This document shows, one piece after another, positions 34,171-39,659 of a stretch of DNA of 39,659 nt. The position numbers and the translations under genes are program-made. The notes beneath the pieces were generated by a model. The model made no database searches. It saw only the letters and a list, made by a program, of their open reading frames with translations, and was not told the origin of the DNA. Location: positions 1-39,659 of the forward strand of contig JAAPAO010000325.1 in NCBI GenBank assembly GCA_013115145.1, in the 5' to 3' direction. The number at the start of each line of letters is the position of its first letter. The first letter of the stretch is position 1. This stretch comes from Perkinsus chesapeaki ATCC PRA-425 (lineage: Eukaryota > Protista > Perkinsozoa).

Positions 34171-34373
34171 AGTGCCGCTGCCCCACAAAAACTCCAAGTG
34201 AAATTCGTGGCATAGCCAGGACCAGCTAGTGCCTTTCCGGTCAGCGCGATCCGCTGTTGATGCATAGAATCCTTAGGTGGTCTTCGCTCGAGACCACCTC
34301 GGGTAAATAGAGATGTAGAGTAAGATGAAGATTAGGAGGGGCTAAGTATTACTAATTTTTGTGTACTCATATG

Positions 34374-34454
34374 ATATGAGTGTCGTACATTAAGATTTGG
34401 TTCAGTTGATTTCGTACTCCTCGAACTCGTACACCCGATGGCTCGTACACTTAT
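34374..34454. repeat. About 81-bp inverted copy of 38967-39048 (GTGTACGA motif array)
   Basis: Reverse-complement match with 1 substitution and 1 indel. Confidence 0.92.
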
Positions 34455-35067
34455 ATGAGGTTATTTAGCACCCAGTGGAAAACTATATAAAAAACTTTTT
34501 CTAAAAAATGCCGCATGTTTTCAATGCGTGAAAACCGTCTAAAGTAGATACTCCAATAAAAACTAACATTAATAAGTCGTGTTTTGCATTGTGTCCCTCC
34601 ATTTGATCATTTATAAATATAAAATAGTAGTGGGTTATTGAGTATGCATTCCTAATGACGAGCATCATCCACACATTTTATGAGGAAAATTGTCTCTTCT
34701 CATTAGGCGCTGCGAATGGTAATACAAACAATGACCGTGAAGAGGATCACTACAATGATCACGAAAGTCATTCGTCTCACTCAAGCCGTGGAGGTAAGTT
34801 AGCGCTACGAATGCTTCACTCTTGGAACAACGACTTGCAACTTTCTTCTTTTTCGTACTTTCAAACGAATCCATTCCTTGCTATTTTCATACACCACGTC
34901 TACTGTTGGCTCGACAACCATGTTTGTATTATATAATGTTCTTTACTATTATAAAATACAAGTAATCCAAAGTAGTGGCAGTAAGTTGATGAACTGGTCA
35001 TGACTCAATCAATTAGAAATGAAGAATTAAGTTAGAATGGTTATCAAGTTAAGTTATCAAGTTAGAA

Positions 35068-35110
35068 TGGGTCTATTAGAAACCCTCATACCAGGTTTCT
35101 AATAGACCCA
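35068..35110. repeat. Perfect 17-bp inverted repeat with a 9-nt spacer
   Basis: TGGGTCTATTAGAAACC-CTCATACCA-GGTTTCTAATAGACCCA. Confidence 0.95.
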
Positions 35111-35135
35111 GCATGTTCTGTGGATGTAACGAGCG

Positions 35136-35330
35136 TGGACGAATTGCTATTGGACGAAAAGATCATGTACGGAACGCGCATTGTCAGCATATCTTTGCAT
35201 GAAGCAAGCATGAACGAAACAATCGTGGACGAAACCCTAAATGGACGAAACAAATGTGTACGAAACGAGCACATGGATAAACTGCGATCTGGGCGAAACA
35301 ATCCTGGACGGAACATGCCATGGACGAATG
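35136..35330 (+). repeat. TGGACGAAAC motif array, about 11 copies, 15-17 bp period
   Basis: Motif starts at 35211, 35226, 35242, 35257, 35274, 35290, 35305 and 35321, plus earlier copies. Confidence 0.85.
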
Positions 35331-35562
35331 GCGGTACACCCGTCTATCAGGTTCTCTATGACTTTCCTATGATTTGTCTTAAAAAAATTGTGTTTTGAGT
35401 TGAGTAGATTCGGATACATGGTAACCACATAAAGCTCTAATGTTGCTACGGGCCGTTGCCTACGTCACACAGTCTTCTCAACTCGGCTCACTGTCTTGCA
35501 ATACCGGTTCATAGTGATTCACAGATTGTGTTATGCTCACTCTGGTAGGTGACCGCCTGCTA

Positions 35563-35768
35563 GGTGGATATCAGTAGGGAACTGAAAAGTACGAGCGACT
35601 TTCGGGTACTCCGTTGGATCCAGTTGAAGTTTCGTCAGTTCTAAATCTTATGTCGAATCCACCAACGTGAAGCTATATTCATTGAAGCACCGCATGGGTG
35701 GTGCAGAGCTCGCGTACATTGAAGCACTCAAATATGCGTTAGAAGGTCTGCTTGCTCTGTTTTTTATT
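35563..35768 (+). repeat. Dispersed repeat R1, copy 1 (copy 2 at 38482-38738)
   Basis: Near-identical apart from a 51-bp palindromic insertion in copy 2. Confidence 0.95.
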
Positions 35769-36228
35769 GCCATTATGAAGTTTGCAGTTGACGTTTAGTG
35801 GCGGTCTAGGAATGTCTGGTAATTCGAGTTCTACTCGGCGTACCCGGCCGTATGCTGCTCTTCACAACTTGAGACCTCATGAGTTGTCCCAACATTTCAG
35901 GGAGAAGGAGAAGCACCAGAAAGGGTGGTGGAACATGTGTTCCGGATACTAGGTTGGAATATGTCTTTCATACAATATGAGTATTTGCTGAGAGGGTTTT
36001 GCAGGATGCTCCTGGAGGTACCAAGGTTGTTAGTTTTCGACAATGATGTAGTTATAGCGGGAACGGAAAGGGACGACTCGCTGTAGGTATGAGTATACGC
36101 CTCACGTTTCCGTTTTTGTTCAGATATCTCGATAATGTACTCATTCTGGGAAAAGTTCTCTGCGGGCACTATCAGTTTCACGCACTCGTCTTGTTTTACT
36201 CGTACTTCAGCAACTCCTCCTTCCACGG

Positions 36229-36250
36229 TTATGTCCGACATAATATGTCG
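36229..36250. mobile_element. Perfect +14 footprint, target TTATGTCG
   Basis: TTATGTC-C-GACATA-A-TATGTCG. The empty site is at 39464-39471. Confidence 0.92.
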
Positions 36251-36378
36251 AGTCCGTCTACAACTGCGGGCACTCAGTTAAGTCTGAGGTGGTTTCACTC
36301 CAGCGTTACCGCGGAGTACTATTTCGTAGGTATAAATGATGATATTGAAGTTACCCTATGGGCATTCTTAACTGTTTG

Positions 36379-36400
36379 ATGAAGAATCTTCATTGAAGAT
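36379..36400. mobile_element. Perfect +14 footprint, target ATGAAGAT
   Basis: ATGAAGA-A-TCTTCA-T-TGAAGAT. The empty site is at 39600-39607. Confidence 0.92.
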
Positions 36401-36978
36401 GCATCGGTTGACGGAGGTAGCTCAGAGACAGATGATGAAGATCTTCGTTACTACTATTTACAAGGTTCAAGTGATGGCGAAGAATTGGTAATTACCGGGG
36501 AAAACTCATGCCCGTTAACTGGCGAGAAGAGAAGATTATGCCGAGTGTTGTAAATAGCGTGATCGATAAAACTTTTATCATAAAAGGCGACCGCGAAAAA
36601 TGAAATAGACACGCATACACAAGTTATTTCATCTTTAACTCATGTCAAACCATGTATTTGCTTACAGAGTCTGCGAGGAGGTCCGATACGACCTAGTCAA
36701 AGGGAGACCTTTACAGTTACCCAGGTATTTCATATTCTCGACTTATTAGTTTATTACTTTTGACGGCTAATCCAGTCTCTTCCATTAGTGCTTTTGGAGG
36801 TGAGACCCTGTTTTTGCGTCGAAGTTCTCTTTTTGTGTCCTCAGGTCTAACTAGACTATCGGACGTCTTGGCTTTTTCTCGTCATTGTAACGAGTTGGGT
36901 ATTGAAAAGACGAGAGAACTCGTGGAGTTGGTGAGGAGACTCGGGTTCACCCAGGTTCTTCACATATTGAATACGGAG

Positions 36979-37000
36979 GAGGGGAGTCCCCTCAGGGGAC
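36979..37000. mobile_element. Perfect +14 footprint, target GAGGGGAC
   Basis: GAGGGGA-G-TCCCCT-C-AGGGGAC. Confidence 0.85.
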
Positions 37001-37170
37001 CCCTGTTCGTACAGTTATTGTACTGTCCCTTCCACTGTTCTACGGGACAGTATTTGCATTCTCGCTCGCCCTATAACATAAGTATCTCGCTCGCCCGAGC
37101 TAGTTCGTGCACACTATTATAAATACATATAAATAAACTCTCCATATCTCTACCTTCTGTTGTGTCACTC

Positions 37171-38330
37171 ATGTCCGACAACGAGTATATGTTTGACTGT
37201 GGACGTAAGTGCGACTGTGTAGTGATATTGTTTAAAGTATTCTTGATTTAGCGAAAACGGGAGGGGAAACCCTAGTTGACGAGGCTGTCGCGGACCATCC
37301 TCTTGTGCAATCGCTGGGATCCCGGGCGAGAAGGCGTGTTAAGTTAACTTCTGGCCGATCTAAAGTGAATATTCTTTAGGCATGTAAAGTAAGATTCGTG
37401 AGAATTTAGGTTCTCTCCCCTCTCTCCTCTTCTGCTGCTCCTAGTAAGTTACCGGAGGTGAAATTAAAACAGGTAGTGAAGTGTTTGTGCACCATCTGGG
37501 TATATCGAGTAGGTATCTCGTAATCCGGGAGTAAAGGCCACGAGGGGTATAACTCAAGTGGATGACGACAGTATCGCTGTCGAGGAAGGGGGCAACTCGT
37601 GTCGGAGTGGTAAGGTACAAGTTCTTGGTTCCTCCTAGTATTGAGATCTCTGTATGGCAGTTGCCTGAGGACGGAGTTGTGCCAACCCATGCCGTCTACG
37701 ACGGGATTCCATTGGTACGCTTTATGGTTGACGATTGTAGGAAGTTTGTTGTTAGCCTAAGCGGAGGTATGGAAGCTCTACTGGGATGTATGGCACGATA
37801 GCATCGGTAAGACTCGGGTAGCCTGGTTTACTGTTAGCTTGTTGTGAAAGGGTCAAGATTGAAGCTGAGATGTTGGAGATGTCATGCTGTGTACTATGTT
37901 GGTTCTGTGTTTCGAGATGATAAACGTGATTTTTAGTTGGACTTTGTGTGAGGGAATAAGTGACACTACGGTACTGGTATTAGTAATAAAATACATCGCC
38001 AATTGGGTGTTTGGGGGTAAGTGTAAAACAAGAAACCTGGAGACTTCCGAAAATGGAATGCTCAGACTGAGCAGCTCAGTATGGGAACACAAAACAAGCA
38101 CTGCTCCAGAAATACTGATATATCTAGCTCAATTGGAATCCTCACCTTAACGGAGAGCTTGGGTGTGCGTTCGTTAAAAGTTATACTTACCGTAGTATAT
38201 ATTGACTTGAACATTCCGGATTACTCTATTACTTTTGACGGTCAAAGACACCTAAGGTACACAAGTAGCTTTGGGAGGTCTTACAAAGTGTACATCCAAC
38301 TTGCCTGGTTATTTTTCTCCACAACGGATG
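37171..38330 (+). pseudogene. Degenerate spliced gene with a CxxC/Tyr cluster; possibly a CxC-domain (KDZ/Zisupton-associated) relic
   Basis: ATG at 37171 and about 6 clean GT-AG introns give MSDNEYMFDCG...LKLRCWRCHAVYYVG. After that come stops and frameshifts, and YIQLAWLFF. The family assignment is a resemblance by eye only. Confidence 0.4.
38059..38080. mobile_element. Perfect +14 footprint, target TGCTCAGT
   Basis: TGCTCAG-A-CTGAGC-A-GCTCAGT. Confidence 0.85.
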
Positions 38331-38598
38331 ATGACGCATCCAGGTTCCTTCGGTTACTCGGTTTTACCGGTATCGTGCCATTGCTGTTGTCGTTGATGTC
38401 GTTGGGGTTGCTTTCGTTGTCGTTATTGTAGTCCACGGTGGCGGTGTCCGTGGTTGAGCCGCGGTTAGTTGGTTGACGCTGGGTGGACATCAGTAGGGAA
38501 CTGAAAAGTACGAGCGACTTTCGGGTACTCCGCCGGATCCAGTTGAAGTTTCGTCAGTTCTAAATCTTATGTTGAATCCACCGACGTGAAGCTATATT

Positions 38599-38697
38599 CA
38601 TTGAAGCACCGCATGGGTGGTGCACTGCACCACCCATGCGGTGCTTCAATGTACGCGAGCTCTGCACCAGGTGCAGAGCTCGCGTACATTGAAGCAC
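38599..38697. mobile_element. Long-arm footprint (double palindrome, 26-bp and 28-bp arms), target TGGTGCAG
   Basis: The empty site TGGTGCAG is at paralogous 35699-35706. Net gain is 51 bp. Confidence 0.9.
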
Positions 38698-38747
38698 TCA
38701 AATATGCGTTAGAAGATCTGCTTGCTCTGTTTTTTATTTCCTCATAC

Positions 38748-38769
38748 CACTAGACTCTAGTGACTAGAG
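38748..38769. mobile_element. Perfect +14 footprint, target CACTAGAG
   Basis: CACTAGA-C-TCTAGT-G-ACTAGAG. Confidence 0.85.
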
Positions 38770-38869
38770 CAATGCGACTACACAATTCAATGTCGCATTG
38801 ACTCAACATTGATCCCCCAAAAGTGCTAATTGCTCCGCCGGACAGACAAAGCTTGCCAGTTATGTCGCC

Positions 38870-38910
38870 TCTGGGGATTGAAGTTCAATCCCCAGAATCA
38901 ATCATTGAAC
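38870..38910. mobile_element. Long-arm footprint, target GATTGAAC
   Basis: TCTGGGGATTGAA-G-TTCAATCCCCAGA (13-bp arms), followed by ATCAAT-C-ATTGAAC. Confidence 0.8.
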
Positions 38911-38966
38911 GCTCAGCCTTTGGATTAACAAACTAGTGATCTCCCTACTGAACTGAAAAAATTCGC

Positions 38967-39190
38967 ATAAGTGTACGAGCCATCGGGTGTACGAGTTCGA
39001 GGAGTACGAAATCAAACTGAACCAAATCTTAGTGTACGACACTCATATGAACGGAATTTTAGTGTACTACTTGGCCCTGAACCTATTTTTGGTGTATCAC
39101 ATTTTGTCGACAGAGATTTGAGTGTACGGGAATTTGGTGTACCAGTTAAGAGTCAAAAATTCCATGTACGAGTTTGAAGTGTACGTAATT
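38967..39190 (+). repeat. GTGTAC(GA) motif array, about 10 copies with variable spacing
   Basis: AGTGTACGAG, GGTGTACGAG, GAGTACGA, AGTGTACGAC, AGTGTACTAC, GGTGTATCAC, AGTGTACGG, GGTGTACC, ATGTACGAG, AGTGTACG. Confidence 0.85.
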
Positions 39191-39659
39191 TATGTGCACC
39201 AATCGTTATACACCCGTATTTGCTAGGGGGGGTTTTGCAGGATGCTCCTGGAGGTACCAAGGTTGTAGTTTTCGACAATGATGTAGTTATAGCGGGAACG
39301 GAAAGGGACGACTCGCTGTAGGTATGAGTATACGCCTCACGTTTCCGTTTTTGTTCAGATATCTCGATAATGTACTCATTCTGGAAAAAGTTCTCTGCGG
39401 GCACTAGTAGTTTCACGCACTCGTCTTGTTTTACTCGTACTTCAGAAACTCCTCCTTCCACGGTTATGTCGAGTCCGTCTACAACTGCGGACATTCAGTT
39501 AAGTCTGAGGTGGTTCTACTCCAGCGTTACCGCGGAGTACTATTTCGTAGGTATAAATGATGATATTGACGTTACCCTATGGGCATTCTTAACTGTTTGA
39601 TGAAGATGCATCGGTTGACGGAGATAGCTCAGAGACAGATGATGAAGATCTTCGTTACT

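Larger units (their letters stand above)
35994..36452 (+). repeat. Dispersed repeat R2, copy 1 (copy 2 at 39230-39659); contains a relic spliced ORF
   Basis: Colinear, high identity. Copy 1 carries two +14 footprints that copy 2 lacks. Confidence 0.95.

Noticed and set aside
38490-38951. TCAGTAGGGA/TCCCTACTGA 10-bp inverted ends as a MITE
   Set aside because: No target-site duplication, and homology with copy 1 starts outside the putative end.
34374-39048. Inverted 81-bp pair as the TIRs of one 4.7-kb transposon
   Set aside because: No TSD, the right-hand array extends beyond the match, and the left copy ends at a scar. These look like fragments.
1-39659. tRNA, rRNA, snRNA, SL-RNA or hammerhead genes
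   Set aside because: No T-loop/cloverleaf, leader exon or complete ribozyme core was found by eye. A covariance-model scan was not run.

Overview
Eukaryotic, intron-dense DNA. The short GT-AG introns, one-strand gene run and gene families best fit a Perkinsus-like alveolate (inference, not database-verified). There are three compartments. (1) 1-7.6 kb, accessory: a 46-bp minisatellite, three paralogous signal-peptide GNAT-fold genes with shared intron positions, and a 68-aa secreted 8-Cys peptide. (2) 8.0-28.2 kb, AT-rich plus-strand housekeeping run: importin alpha, PRP3, an orphan 4-TM protein, a 3xCCCH+RING protein, an intronless mitochondrial intermediate peptidase, an ERV/ALR-fold protein lacking its redox CxxC, a small TM ORF, and SMC1. 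(3) 28.3-39.7 kb, repeat-rich: a tandem pair of minus-strand secreted Cys-rich genes, dispersed duplications, motif arrays and transposon-like relics. The main unexplained signal is about 23 stereotyped double-palindrome scars. An 8-bp target N1..N8 becomes N1-7, comp(N8), revcomp(N2-7), comp(N1), N2-8 (net +14 bp). Nine are perfect, and for eight scars the unscarred site survives in a paralogous copy inside this window. This matches hAT-type hairpin excision followed by microhomology joining, at very high density. All alignments were done by eye.
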